Positions 17,946-28,683 are shown, counted from the first letter of the stretch. The stretch: 64,000 bases of DNA from Candidatus Cloacimonadales bacterium (GCA_963665815.1 OY762463.1:288001-352000), one strand, 5' to 3'. Numbers and translations are program-made. The notes: generated by a model from the sequence alone, not told the origin.

Positions 17946-20015
17946 TTAATCGTTTAAGTTCAATCCGGGATATAGTTTTTTCTGGCACTCCGGACAGATT
18001 GAATGAGTAAACTTGAGTTCCGGTACTTTTTGAGAAAGAAAATCAGTTGGAGATTCCCATTTTCCTTTCTCTTCATCATCTCTGATTTTGAAGCATGAAG
18101 CACATATAGGAATAAGCCCGGTATGATTTACTTTTTGCTCACTGAGACGTTTCAGTATTGCTTTTTGCTCTGAGAAATCTCTGAAAACACAATAAGTTCC
18201 CGTCAGCTTACCCTCCCTATTCTTTCTCGGAGTTATCGTAACCAGTAAAGGCATTGTTGCATCAGGTCTTTGAAGTGGAATTTCAAAGGATGCTTTTCCA
18301 TGCAAAATCATTGTATCAATGTAATTCATTGCACGTTCAATATCTTCCGGACTGAAAATATCTGTAATGTTAAGTTTGCAAAGTTCTTCTCTTTTCATTC
18401 CAAATATTTTTTCTGCAGATGGATTGGCATATGTAAAATAAAAGTCTTCTGACAGTATAACAATTCCTTCCCCTTGGTTTTCCACGAGGGTTCTCAGAAG
18501 TTCTTCATTCTCTTTTAGTTTTCTTTCTGAAGTTATACGGTGAGTAATGTCAATTCCTGAAGATAGAACAGATACAATTTTCCCATTATCATCCCTAAGA
18601 TAAGTATTATGCCAGGAAATGGTCATTTCTCTGCCATCTTTTGCAATAATATCATTTTCAAAGTGCTCCGGGTAATCTGTTTCATTATCAATTACTTTTC
18701 TGAATACATGTCTGATTTTCTCTCTTTCATCTGCTTTGATACATAAATCAAACCAGTTTTTACCAACGACTTCATCACGATTATATCCAAGAAGAACAAG
18801 CCCTTTCTGGTTCATCATCAGTATATTCTCATTAGCATCAATGTTAACAAAAATTGATCCTGCCATATCAAGATAGAGCTCTGCTGTTTCCTTAGCTTTA
18901 ACTAATGCTTTCTCTGCGGCTTTTTCTCTTGTGATATCATGGATTATGGAGTACAACAAATCTTTACCTCTAATGTTAATTCTGTTAGTGAATACATTAA
19001 CATCTTTAATTAAATTATTGGCTGTCCTATGTTTAAAAATGAAGTGACTTCTGTTTCCTGCTCTTGCTTTCATCATTTCTGCTTTAACTTCATTATCGGT
19101 CAGGATATTAATATCTGATATACTCATTGAGGTCAGCTTTTCATAAGGGTATCCGTAAAAATTTACTGCGCTGTCGTTTGCGTCTTCAATTTTTCCATTT
19201 GCAGGATTAATGATCAGCATTATAGATCTGTTTTCTTCAAACATTTTTCGATATTTTAAATCACCCTGGTTGAATACATGATCATTAGAAATAGCATTAT
19301 CCAATTGCTTAACAATTCCAAAAACAACCATCTCTCCATCAATTTCATCCTTCCATGTTTGTACTTCAACAGGAAACTCATTACCAGATATAGCTTTGTG
19401 TATTGAATTAAGCAAATAGCGTTTTTTAGGATCTTTATTCATCCAGAATTTTCTAAACAAAGTATCACTATAGTACGTATCAATATCGGAAACAGATAAT
19501 TTCAGAATATCTTCTTTTGATCTTCCCAGTATGTTACAATATACTTCGTTTATATCCAGAATATTCCCATCTAAATCTGTAATAATCAGAGCATCTTCAG
19601 CATTAGAAAAGAAGTTACTGTGATATCTGTTACTCTTTTCAATTCTGTTAGTTTTAATCCTGAATAAAATCATTTCAATCCGGTTTGACAACTCTTTAAG
19701 TGAGTAACCGGTTACCAGAAAATCATTTATAGGGGATTCTATTGAACTAAAAGTCTCTAAGTGTTCTCTATAGCTAGTATTTAAGAATATCTTATATAGA
19801 TTACTTGAAAGTAGCATTTTTTGAAATTGTGAATTGAAGCCATTCATAAATTTTGTATCGATAATCAATATACTGAATGTATCCAAATCATAACTTGCTA
19901 AATCATCAGGGGTACTGCATATTCTGATATCTATATCTTCAGAAAAAACAATACTATTCAAATGTTCATGCAATTTATTACTCTCAGATACCAGTAGAAC
20001 TTTATTACTCTCCAT
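17946..20015 (-). CDS. multi-PAS sensor protein with degenerate N-terminal receiver and C-terminal Cys-rich motif
   Basis: Four PAS/PAC-like repeats; C-terminal IPICASCFKIRDD...THSICPEC. Confidence 0.75.
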   Translation of the reverse strand: MESNKVLLVSESNKLHEHLNSIVFSEDIDIRICSTPDDLASYDLDTFSILIIDTKFMNGFNSQFQKMLLSSNLYKIFLNTSYREHLETFSSIESPINDFLVTGYSLKELSNRIEMILFRIKTNRIEKSNRYHSNFFSNAEDALIITDLDGNILDINEVYCNILGRSKEDILKLSVSDIDTYYSDTLFRKFWMNKDPKKRYLLNSIHKAISGNEFPVEVQTWKDEIDGEMVVFGIVKQLDNAISNDHVFNQGDLKYRKMFEENRSIMLIINPANGKIEDANDSAVNFYGYPYEKLTSMSISDINILTDNEVKAEMMKARAGNRSHFIFKHRTANNLIKDVNVFTNRINIRGKDLLYSIIHDITREKAAEKALVKAKETAELYLDMAGSIFVNIDANENILMMNQKGLVLLGYNRDEVVGKNWFDLCIKADEREKIRHVFRKVIDNETDYPEHFENDIIAKDGREMTISWHNTYLRDDNGKIVSVLSSGIDITHRITSERKLKENEELLRTLVENQGEGIVILSEDFYFTYANPSAEKIFGMKREELCKLNITDIFSPEDIERAMNYIDTMILHGKASFEIPLQRPDATMPLLVTITPRKNREGKLTGTYCVFRDFSEQKAILKRLSEQKVNHTGLIPICASCFKIRDDEEKGKWESPTDFLSQKVPELKFTHSICPECQKKLYPGLNLND

Positions 20016-20169
20016 CTTGACTCCAGAATTTAAAGGTTAACTCTGATCAAAATATATTATTTTTTATCTTTAAGTCAATTTTTTATGGAAGATGATATTA
20101 TTAAAAAATACGAATATTTGTTAGCGTTTACAAGTAACATGGTTAAATTGTAAAATAAACGGAGGAAAA

Positions 20170-21069
20170 ATGAGAAAATTAATGTTAATTTTATTCCTCT
20201 TTACAGGAGTTATAATGAATTCTCAGGAATACAATAAATTGAATGAAATAGAAAAATACGTGATTGAGGAGAAAGGGACAGAGAGGCCTTTTTCAGGAAT
20301 TTATACCGATCATTTTGATTCTGGTGTTTATAAATGCAAAAAATGTAATACACCTCTTTTTGAGTCTGACAGCAAATTTCATTCAGGATGTGGTTGGCCG
20401 AGTTTTGATGATGCTATTGAAGGCAGAGTGAAACAGGTCCCCGATAAAGACGGTGTTCGCACAGAAATAGTATGTAGTAATTGTGGGGGGCATCTCGGAC
20501 ATGTGTTTAAAGGTGAAAAATACACACCTAAGAACACGCGATTTTGTGTAAACTCAGTGTCTCTTGACTTTTATCCGGATGAAGTAAAACCAGAAACTGC
20601 AATTTTTGCAGGAGGTTGCTTCTGGGGAGTCGAATACTACTTTATGAAACAGAATGGAGTAATCTCAACAGATGTAGGTTATACAGGTGGAACTCTGGAG
20701 AATCCGGAATACTATGACGTAACAACAGGTGCTACAGGTCATGCAGAGGCTGTTAAAGTAGTATATGATCCATCAAAGGTCAGTTATGAAACTCTGACTC
20801 GTCTTTTCTTCGAAATACACGATCCAACTCAGGAAAACAGACAGGGTCCTGATATTGGAACTCAATACAGATCTGAAGTATTTTATTCTGATCAAAAACA
20901 GAAGGAAACTGCTCAACGACTAATAAATATTCTTAAGGCAAAAGGATATGATGTAAAAACTAAGCTTACAGAGGCTGATGAATTTTATAAGGCAGAAAAT
21001 TATCATCAGGATTACTATAAGCGTAAAGGCTCTAAACCCTATTGTCATTTCAGAAACAAAAGATTCTGA
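20170..21069 (+). CDS. msrAB: bifunctional methionine sulfoxide reductase MsrB-MsrA, with signal peptide
   Basis: GTERPF, GCGWPSF, HLGHVF, RFCVNS, then AGGCFWG, GTQYRS, AENYHQDY. Confidence 0.95.
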   Translation: MRKLMLILFLFTGVIMNSQEYNKLNEIEKYVIEEKGTERPFSGIYTDHFDSGVYKCKKCNTPLFESDSKFHSGCGWPSFDDAIEGRVKQVPDKDGVRTEIVCSNCGGHLGHVFKGEKYTPKNTRFCVNSVSLDFYPDEVKPETAIFAGGCFWGVEYYFMKQNGVISTDVGYTGGTLENPEYYDVTTGATGHAEAVKVVYDPSKVSYETLTRLFFEIHDPTQENRQGPDIGTQYRSEVFYSDQKQKETAQRLINILKAKGYDVKTKLTEADEFYKAENYHQDYYKRKGSKPYCHFRNKRF

Positions 21070-21074
21070 ATAGA

Positions 21075-21106
21075 TGACCTGCTGATAATACGGCAGGTCA
21101 ATTTCT
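21075..21106 (+). terminator. intrinsic terminator after msrAB
   Basis: tgacctgctg...cggcaggtca followed by atttct. Confidence 0.65.
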
Positions 21107-21331
21107 ATAGAACCTGAGAGCTTTGCTAAATTGGTAGTACATCTAAAGGTTTGATGAGTACGTTCAGATGGAATATTGATTTCCATCATTAGTATTCCTT
21201 ATAATCAATATTGCGTTGATGTAATCAGTAATCATGTTATAGGATTCATAAAATTTATGATCAGTGATTATTCCAATTATGCAAAACATTCCAGTAATAA
21301 CCATGAAAGTTTATGAAAGGATAAATTCATC

Positions 21332-22222
21332 ATGAATAATAAAACAAAATCGTTGATATATATATTGCTGTCATCTTTATCATTCGCATTCATGTCTGTG
21401 ATAGTTAAAGATCTCAATAATATACCACTTATACATAAAGTATTCTTCAGAAATCTGATAAGTCTTCTAATAACACTTATTATAATCAGAAAATCAGGTC
21501 CGGAGAAATGGGGAAGACCTGAAAACAGGAAGTATCTTGTAATGCGATCAGTACTGGGATTAGGTGGAATATTCCTTTATTTCCATGCTATCAGTAATAT
21601 GGATCTCGCCGATTCATCCATGTTGAACAGAATCTCACCCTTTTTCGTGACTATCTTCGCTTTTTTCTATCTCGGTGAGAAGATATTCAAACAACAGATA
21701 TTCGCTTTATTTGTAGTGTTTGCAGCTTCTCTTCTGATTATTCAGCCTGAGTTTAACATGTCAGCACTTCCGGCAGTATCCGGATTTCTTTCGGCTGTTT
21801 TTGCCGGAGCTGCATATACTATTGTCAGACTCTTAGCCTTAAGACAAGAAAAACCACAGACAATTGTGTTCTACTTCTCATTAATTTCTGTTATTGCAGT
21901 ACTGCCTTTTTTCCTTATGGATTTCAGTATTCCTGAACCGGGAACAATGGTGAAGCTCCTACTGATAGGTGTTTTTGCTGCAGGTGGACAGTTTGGGCTG
22001 ACTTATGCTTATAAGTATGCAAAAGCTTCTGAAGTGTCCATATTTAACTATACTAACATTATCTTTGCAGGTATACTGGGTTTTCTTGTCTGGAGAGAAA
22101 TACCGGATATGCTTAGTCTCACTGGAACAATATTTATTGTTGCAGCCTCAGTTTATATTTTCCTCTTCAATCAAAGGAGTGTAAAACATGGGAAAAAACT
22201 TGGCAATTGTGTTCATTGCTAA
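21332..22222 (+). CDS. DMT/EamA family transporter (copy 1)
   Basis: About 10 TM helices; VFFRN, SPFFVTIF, IVFYFS, GQFGLTYAY. Confidence 0.9.
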   Translation: MNNKTKSLIYILLSSLSFAFMSVIVKDLNNIPLIHKVFFRNLISLLITLIIIRKSGPEKWGRPENRKYLVMRSVLGLGGIFLYFHAISNMDLADSSMLNRISPFFVTIFAFFYLGEKIFKQQIFALFVVFAASLLIIQPEFNMSALPAVSGFLSAVFAGAAYTIVRLLALRQEKPQTIVFYFSLISVIAVLPFFLMDFSIPEPGTMVKLLLIGVFAAGGQFGLTYAYKYAKASEVSIFNYTNIIFAGILGFLVWREIPDMLSLTGTIFIVAASVYIFLFNQRSVKHGKKLGNCVHC

Positions 22223-22397
22223 CAATTACACTAGAAAACAACAGTTCTGTGAGTTTATGGAAGAATAAATCCAATTATGTACATCCGGAGTTGAAATCAT
22301 TTAGTATAAACGTTTGAACCTACCTCAGACAAGTTTTCATCTGAATGCATTCAGCTCCGGCAGTGTGTAGTCCAAAAGCAGCATGTGAGCGTTAAGT
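22217..22397 (+). repeat. long imperfect palindrome with attC-like ends
   Basis: CTAAC-AA-TTACA ... TGTGA-GC-GTTAAGT ends; inner stem ccggagttgaa (22285-22295) / ttcagctccgg (22350-22360). Confidence 0.4.
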
Positions 22398-22481
22398 GTC
22401 CCTAATGGAAGGAAATCGACTTGGAAATTGATTTTTGACTTACAGGTTGACATAATGAGCTACATCAAAAATCACAACAGC

Positions 22482-23336
22482 ATGAATAACAAAACAAAAT
22501 CGTTGATATACATATTGCTGTCATCGTTATCATTTGCATTCATGTCGGTAATAGTGAAAGATCTCAATCATGTTCCAGTGCTGCAAAAAGTCTTTTTCAG
22601 AAATCTTGTAAGTCTGATTATAACTCTATTTATAATCAGAAAAGCACGTGTAAGACTATGGGGGAGACCTGAAAACAGGAAGTTCCTTATCCTGAGATCT
22701 TTGCTGGGACTAAGTGGAGTCTTTCTTTACTTTTTTGCCATAAGCAACATGAATCTGGCTGATTCTTCCATGTTGAACAAGATATCTCCTTTTTTCGTAA
22801 CTATTTTTTCATTTCTCTTCTTAAGGGAGAAGATATTCAAGCAACAGGTTCTTGCATTAATTGTTGTTTTTGCTGCCTCCCTGCTTATTATCAAGCCAGA
22901 ATTTAAATTATCTGTACTTCCTGCTTTATCCGGGTTTCTTTCAGCAATTTTTGCGGGAGCTGCTTATACTACCGTAAGATTCCTGGGAGTAAGGAATGAG
23001 AAACCTCAGGTCATAGTTTTCTATTTCTCGTTGATCTCCGTAATTGTTGTTTTGCCTTTCTTCCTGATGAACTTAAATTTACCGGATTTTGGTACATTGA
23101 TAAGGCTTTTCCTGATTGGTACATTTGCGGCAGGAGGGCAGTTTGGACTTACTTATGCCTACAAATATGCAAAAGCTTCTGAAGTCTCCATATACAATTA
23201 CACAAACATTTTGTTTGCAGGGATTATGGGTTTCTTAATCTGGAAAGAGATACCGGATAATCTGAGTATGGCAGGTTCGATAATTATCATTGCAGCATCA
23301 GTTTACATTTTTATGTATAACAGGAAAAAGTCCTGA
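22482..23336 (+). CDS. DMT/EamA family transporter (copy 2, tandem paralog)
   Basis: Collinear with copy 1 and shares the MNNKTKSLIYILLSS start at ATG 22482. Confidence 0.9.
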   Translation: MNNKTKSLIYILLSSLSFAFMSVIVKDLNHVPVLQKVFFRNLVSLIITLFIIRKARVRLWGRPENRKFLILRSLLGLSGVFLYFFAISNMNLADSSMLNKISPFFVTIFSFLFLREKIFKQQVLALIVVFAASLLIIKPEFKLSVLPALSGFLSAIFAGAAYTTVRFLGVRNEKPQVIVFYFSLISVIVVLPFFLMNLNLPDFGTLIRLFLIGTFAAGGQFGLTYAYKYAKASEVSIYNYTNILFAGIMGFLIWKEIPDNLSMAGSIIIIAASVYIFMYNRKKS

Positions 23337-23348
23337 CAGTAGTTTGGA

Positions 23349-24395
23349 TCAATTCAATATTTTGATTTTAATTACTCTGGATCCATTATCATCAAAGATT
23401 AACATTCTATCATCTTCGGTAAAAGTATATGTCTTAACAGTTATGTCCGGAATAGTAAAGCAACCCGTTTGAATTCCATCTGAGTTGAATCTCAGTAATT
23501 ATGACACCTCATCAGATTCGGATTTGCTATTTGTGATAGCGTAAATGTTTCCTGATGCGTCAACTGCTATTCCATTTGAATTAGGCTGTAATACCAATCG
23601 CTGCTGAGTATTATCTCCAGTAAGCTGTGACTTTGATTTTGAGAACGTTTCTCTAATTATATTCAGTTCAGGTAGAGTATCACTGTAAACTGTGATTTTA
23701 TCTGTTCCAACATAGTTCAGGTAGAGTTTATTTTTCTTATGTGTCAGTGCAAGCATATTCTTCAAATATGATTCCTGTGGGTTAGATGATAATCCTGCAT
23801 CTACAAATGATTTTACATATTTTAAATCTTTATCATATTGCTTTACAAGCTTGAGTGATTTACCTGTTCCTCCGGTTCCAAGTGCAAGTCCAACAGTATA
23901 GATCATATCATTTTCGTCAATTGTAAAGCCCATAGGGAAGAAGTCTTCAGTTTTGTTTGAAGTAACAAAGTTTCCATCTGAATCAAAGACAATAAAAGTC
24001 ATTCTCTTTACATCGAATGTGATCAGTCTATCATCGCTGGTAATAATAAGAGAAACGGCATTTTCAATTTCACCGGGACCAGATCCCTTGTGTGAGAATA
24101 CTTTGATGAAATTTCCATTCTTATCGAACTTCTTGATATTGCATTCACCGGCATCAATCATGTAGATATTCCCGTCTTTGTCTTCTGCGAAGTCAGAGAT
24201 TGAGTTGAATACATATTGAGAAGTATCTTCTGATATCTCCATCTCGATCTTATACTTCAGCTCCTCAACAGGATATTTTTTGTTAATGACAGTCTTTACA
24301 CCGTTTCTTTGTTGTATTTCCGGTTTATATTTGTTTGTGTTGCATGCAGTCAGCAAGAGAATAAAAATTGTTGTGAGGGCTATCTTTTTAATCAT
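23349..24395 (-). pseudogene. 6-bladed (NHL-like) beta-propeller lipoprotein with in-frame TAA at 23499-23501
   Basis: After the stop the frame continues LLRFNSDGIQTG... for 49 codons, matching paralog C-termini (VLQVFNPEGKQI). Confidence 0.7.
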
Positions 24396-25425
24396 AATTT
24401 TCTCCTGTTCCTGAATCAGTTATGAACGATCCGTATTTTCTCAAAGTATTGTCATCACATCCATATCCGTATATTTTGTTGTTTCTAATTTTGATTTCAG
24501 TTATATAGCCTGGTAAAGCCATGTTTGCAATCTGCTTTCCTTCCGGATTAAATACCTGCAATACACTAACAGGTTCTGATTCATTAATTTTTCTCATAGT
24601 ATCCTGAACGTAAGTTATAAGATAAATATTTCCTTCAGAATCCATATTAAGGCAGTTAGAAGTTGAATTTACAAATGTACAGTAATCATCTTTCTCAATA
24701 CCACCTTTGAAATAAAGCTTTCTTTTGATATGTAAAACAGGGATCTTATCTTTTAGAACAGTTATATCATTGTCAATTGTGTTATTAATGACGATCCTCC
24801 CATTATATTCAACAAAAGAATAAGGAGTATCAAGATTTTCAATTTCAAAGAAGGAATCAATTAATTCAAACTCAGAATTAAATCTGTGAAGCAAATAGTT
24901 TCTATTTACAGAATGTTTTAATAAAATACCTGAGACTAAGTAGGTGTTATCAGGGTTTCTTAAAATCTGGACAGGACGAACTATTTCTATCTTTTTACGT
25001 GAAAGGTAATTCCCTTCCGCATCGAATTCATTAAGTATAGTTAGTGAAATATCCTGAATCAATAAAGTATTGTGGGGAGTATAATACATGTAAGCTGGCT
25101 TGTGCAGTTCACCAGGACCCTCTCCTTTTTGGGATATGGTTCTCAGGAACTTACCTGTTTCATCAAACTTGAAAATTTTACTTTGAGACATATCAAGGAA
25201 ATAAATGTTATTATCCTTATCAACCTCTATATCCCTTATGTCTGTAATAGCATAATCAGGTGATTCTCCTGGGATTTCCAGCTCAGTTTTTAGAGAAAAT
25301 TGAGTTATTGGCATTTCCGGATTAACTGCTGTTTTGACTCCATCAATCATTTTTACTTCATAGCTCTTTTGTGTACAAGCTGCTATGCATATAAAAAGTA
25401 GAACAGCTATTATCGAATTCCTCAT
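24388..25425 (-). CDS. 6-bladed beta-propeller lipoprotein
   Basis: Lipobox IAAC; DKDNNIYFLD, KGEGPGEL. Confidence 0.8.
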   Translation of the reverse strand: MRNSIIAVLLFICIAACTQKSYEVKMIDGVKTAVNPEMPITQFSLKTELEIPGESPDYAITDIRDIEVDKDNNIYFLDMSQSKIFKFDETGKFLRTISQKGEGPGELHKPAYMYYTPHNTLLIQDISLTILNEFDAEGNYLSRKKIEIVRPVQILRNPDNTYLVSGILLKHSVNRNYLLHRFNSEFELIDSFFEIENLDTPYSFVEYNGRIVINNTIDNDITVLKDKIPVLHIKRKLYFKGGIEKDDYCTFVNSTSNCLNMDSEGNIYLITYVQDTMRKINESEPVSVLQVFNPEGKQIANMALPGYITEIKIRNNKIYGYGCDDNTLRKYGSFITDSGTGENYD

Positions 25426-25446
25426 TTCTCCCCCTATTCAGGCTAT

Positions 25447-26454
25447 TTATATTGGTTTGTATCTTGTTATACTGGATGAATTGTAATTGTATGTGTAGAT
25501 GAAATCATTGTCGAGACTAATGTAACATATATTTTCATCCAGAGCCATATTTATTATCTGAATACCGTCTTTGTTAAAAACCTGCAGTACGCTTTCCGGC
25601 ATGTCTTCGGCTTTATCTTCTTTCTGATAGTTATGAGTTGTTGCAATAGTATAAATGTTCCCTTTGGAATCTGTTGCCAAACACCGAGAACTTGGAGTAA
25701 CATGGGTTCCATGACCTACTCTTTCTATTTTCCCTTCTATATACAGATGTCTTTTAATAGAAAGTTCTGTCTTTTCATTTTTCAGAATATCAATTTTATT
25801 CTCAGTTCTTTGAGTTAATATAATTTTATCTCCAAACTTAACTATTGAAATCGGTGTTGAAACATCAGATACTTGATAATACGATTTTGTAACTTTCAGA
25901 TTTGAATCAAGGGTATAAAGTGCATTTTTTATATCATTTGCTTGCCCATAGTATTTACCAGAGCATATATAAGCAGAATCCGAAGTTGATACTAAATCTC
26001 TGAGAAAGAAGTTCTCCATTCTATACTGCATTACATAATTGCCTTCCAAGTCAAATGAATGTATGATTCCTCGACTTTTTTCGCGAATCAATATTTCATT
26101 TCTGTCAGTGATAAAAATACTTCCGGGATAAGAAAGTTCACCGGGGCCATTCCCTTTGTGTGAAAGTATTTTATTCAGTTTACCAGTTGTATCAAATTTT
26201 TTAATATTACATTCTTTTGAGTCCAACACATAAATATTTCCCTCTTTATCAAAAGCAATATCTTCTATATTATTAATTATGTAACCGTCACCTTCATCAG
26301 GTATTGTCATATCTTTCACCAGTGAGAAAGGTGCAATTGGCATTTCATGGTTAATAACGGTTTTCACCCCATCGATAGTCTTTACTTCGTAGTTCTTTTC
26401 TGTACAAGCTGTTAAGCATACAAAAAGTAGTGCGTAGATAAAAATCGTTCTCAA
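25447..26454 (-). CDS. 6-bladed beta-propeller lipoprotein
   Basis: TTG start with GGAGG; lipobox LTAC; DKEGNIYVLD, KGNGPGEL. Confidence 0.8.
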   Translation of the reverse strand: MRTIFIYALLFVCLTACTEKNYEVKTIDGVKTVINHEMPIAPFSLVKDMTIPDEGDGYIINNIEDIAFDKEGNIYVLDSKECNIKKFDTTGKLNKILSHKGNGPGELSYPGSIFITDRNEILIREKSRGIIHSFDLEGNYVMQYRMENFFLRDLVSTSDSAYICSGKYYGQANDIKNALYTLDSNLKVTKSYYQVSDVSTPISIVKFGDKIILTQRTENKIDILKNEKTELSIKRHLYIEGKIERVGHGTHVTPSSRCLATDSKGNIYTIATTHNYQKEDKAEDMPESVLQVFNKDGIQIINMALDENICYISLDNDFIYTYNYNSSSITRYKPI

Positions 26455-26474
26455 AGTACCTCCATGAAATAAAA

Positions 26475-27512
26475 TTAGATTTTCACAGGTTTATATCGGA
26501 TAAGACATGAATTCTCATTTGAATAAGCATATAAGTAGTCATTAATAATAGTGAAACTGTCGATATCCATATCAATAATACCTATATTTGCTATCTGAAC
26601 CCCATTATTAGTAAAGATTTGCAGAACATATTCAATCTCTGAATCATCATGTTCTTCTCCCAATGGAAACCTTGGTGCAATTATATAGACATTGCCTTTA
26701 GAGTCAACTTCATTGTGAAAAGCTGTGTAATTTCTTTGATAATAGACATTTTTACCGCCCAGAGAAATCTCTTTGGTGCCACCCTCAACATATACATGTC
26801 TTTTAATTACTAAACTTGGTTTCTTATCAACAACTTTCACAATCAGATTCTCGGTGAGAAAATTTATAAAGAAATCTTTGTTATACATACTCAGGGCAAC
26901 TGATTTCATTGGGGATTCCTCTTTACTCAAGGTTGGACTGAATGCCGCTAAATGTTCATAAGATTCAGAAAAAGGATAGATATCCATTTTTGAATTTTCA
27001 GTACTCCAGTTTGAGCCAACACAGAAAATAGTATTGTCATCTCCTATGCAAAAATCATTGATAAGAAAGCTCTCAACCTTATGGCTGGAGATGTAATTTC
27101 CATCTAAATCAAGTGTTTTTAGTATATTCTGACCTGAATCGTATACAACTAACTCATCTCTGTTGTTGATCCTGAATAAAATCGGATAGTTCAGCTCTTC
27201 AGGACCTTGCCCTTTATGGCAAAGAGTTTTCAGGTAATTCCCATTATGGTCGAATTTCTTTATATTCGCTTCTTCATAGTCCAGAACATAAACATTACCG
27301 TCCTTATCCTCAAGAATGCTGCTGATCTGGCTAATTGTGAATTGTGATAGATCTTCCCTGAAAAGAACGTCAGGCTCAAACTCATAAACCTGAATAGGCA
27401 TCTCCTTATTGATAATTGTTTTGACTTCGTCTGTGGTTGTAATTTCGTAGTTGGATCTTGTGCAAGCTGCTATGCACATAAAAACTAATGCGTACACAAA
27501 AATTGTTCTCAA
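26475..27512 (-). CDS. 6-bladed beta-propeller lipoprotein
   Basis: TTG start with GGAGG; lipobox IAAC; DKDGNVYVLD, KGQGPEEL. Confidence 0.8.
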   Translation of the reverse strand: MRTIFVYALVFMCIAACTRSNYEITTTDEVKTIINKEMPIQVYEFEPDVLFREDLSQFTISQISSILEDKDGNVYVLDYEEANIKKFDHNGNYLKTLCHKGQGPEELNYPILFRINNRDELVVYDSGQNILKTLDLDGNYISSHKVESFLINDFCIGDDNTIFCVGSNWSTENSKMDIYPFSESYEHLAAFSPTLSKEESPMKSVALSMYNKDFFINFLTENLIVKVVDKKPSLVIKRHVYVEGGTKEISLGGKNVYYQRNYTAFHNEVDSKGNVYIIAPRFPLGEEHDDSEIEYVLQIFTNNGVQIANIGIIDMDIDSFTIINDYLYAYSNENSCLIRYKPVKI

Positions 27513-27534
27513 ATTACCTCCTGTTATGAAAATA

Positions 27535-28572
27535 CTATAGTTTTGGCGGATTATATCTTATAAGCTTAGAACTATTGAGTCCATAAGTATATATCTTGTC
27601 ATTAATAACTTTTATCCTCATAATATCCTGATCAGTAATCCCCATGTTCATTATCTGAAAACCATTTCTGTCGAAGACCTGAAGTATTCTTGACGGTTGA
27701 GTTTCATCTGTCTCTTTACCTGGAAGAAAGCCAACAGCAAGTGTATAGATATTACCTTCAGAGTCCAGACAAATACTTTCGGAACTGAAATTCGTCATAT
27801 AGCCGATTTGTCCGTTCCCGAAATCAAGTTCCTGAGTCCCCCCTTCAACATAAAGGTGTCTTTTAATAATCAGATCAGAATTTTTATCATAAATTCGTAA
27901 AATTAAGTTTTCTGTCAAATAACTTAAATAAGTTTCACTTCCTTTATTACATATTGATACAAAATTCATTGGAGAATCATCTTTGCTCAGCGATTTGTAA
28001 AAAGAGGGAAGAGGTTCAAGATTTTCAGATAATGGATAAATATCATGCTTTTCTTTAGATGTATCGCTCCAGTTGATACCTACTCTATATAATGAGTTAT
28101 CATCTCTTATACAGAAGTCCGATACATTAAGGTTTACGTCCTTATAACTATCAACGTAGTTTCCGTTTTCATCGAAAATCTTTATTGTGGACTGAGTAGC
28201 ATCATATACTATAAGCTCGTTTCTACTATTGATAGCAAGTATTGTCGGTCCATTAAGATCTTCAGGACCGTTTCCTTTCTGGCTTATTGTCTTGATAAAG
28301 AGTCCGTCATGAGAGAATTTCTTGATGTTTGCTTCATTTGAATCAAGTACATATACATTCCCATCCTTATCTTCAGCTACATCTGCTATGCTGCTGATAA
28401 TGTAATTCTGATTCTCTGTAGCAAATTCTAGATCTACGTCCAGATTGAATTCTGTAATTGGCTGTTCATGGTTATTGATAGTTTTAATTCCATTAGTTGT
28501 AGTTACATCATAATTTTTTTCTGAACATCCCATAATCAGAATAATCAATGAAAAGAAAAGTGTGTGTTTCAT
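27535..28572 (-). CDS. 6-bladed beta-propeller lipoprotein
   Basis: Lipobox IMGC; DKDGNVYVLD, KGNGPEDL. Confidence 0.8.
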   Translation of the reverse strand: MKHTLFFSLIILIMGCSEKNYDVTTTNGIKTINNHEQPITEFNLDVDLEFATENQNYIISSIADVAEDKDGNVYVLDSNEANIKKFSHDGLFIKTISQKGNGPEDLNGPTILAINSRNELIVYDATQSTIKIFDENGNYVDSYKDVNLNVSDFCIRDDNSLYRVGINWSDTSKEKHDIYPLSENLEPLPSFYKSLSKDDSPMNFVSICNKGSETYLSYLTENLILRIYDKNSDLIIKRHLYVEGGTQELDFGNGQIGYMTNFSSESICLDSEGNIYTLAVGFLPGKETDETQPSRILQVFDRNGFQIMNMGITDQDIMRIKVINDKIYTYGLNSSKLIRYNPPKL

Positions 28573-28683
28573 AATTCTGCTCCTGATTTTAAAATCTGAC
28601 CTTTTTCAGGAATACTAGTATTCTGGTAAAAGGTTAGTTCTCTCTAAATAAATACAAGGATTACGGAAAGTTACAAAAAATAT

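Noticed and set aside
23499-23501. Selenocysteine/pyrrolysine recoding of the internal stop
   Set aside because: The stop is TAA, and other genes terminate normally at all three stop codons.
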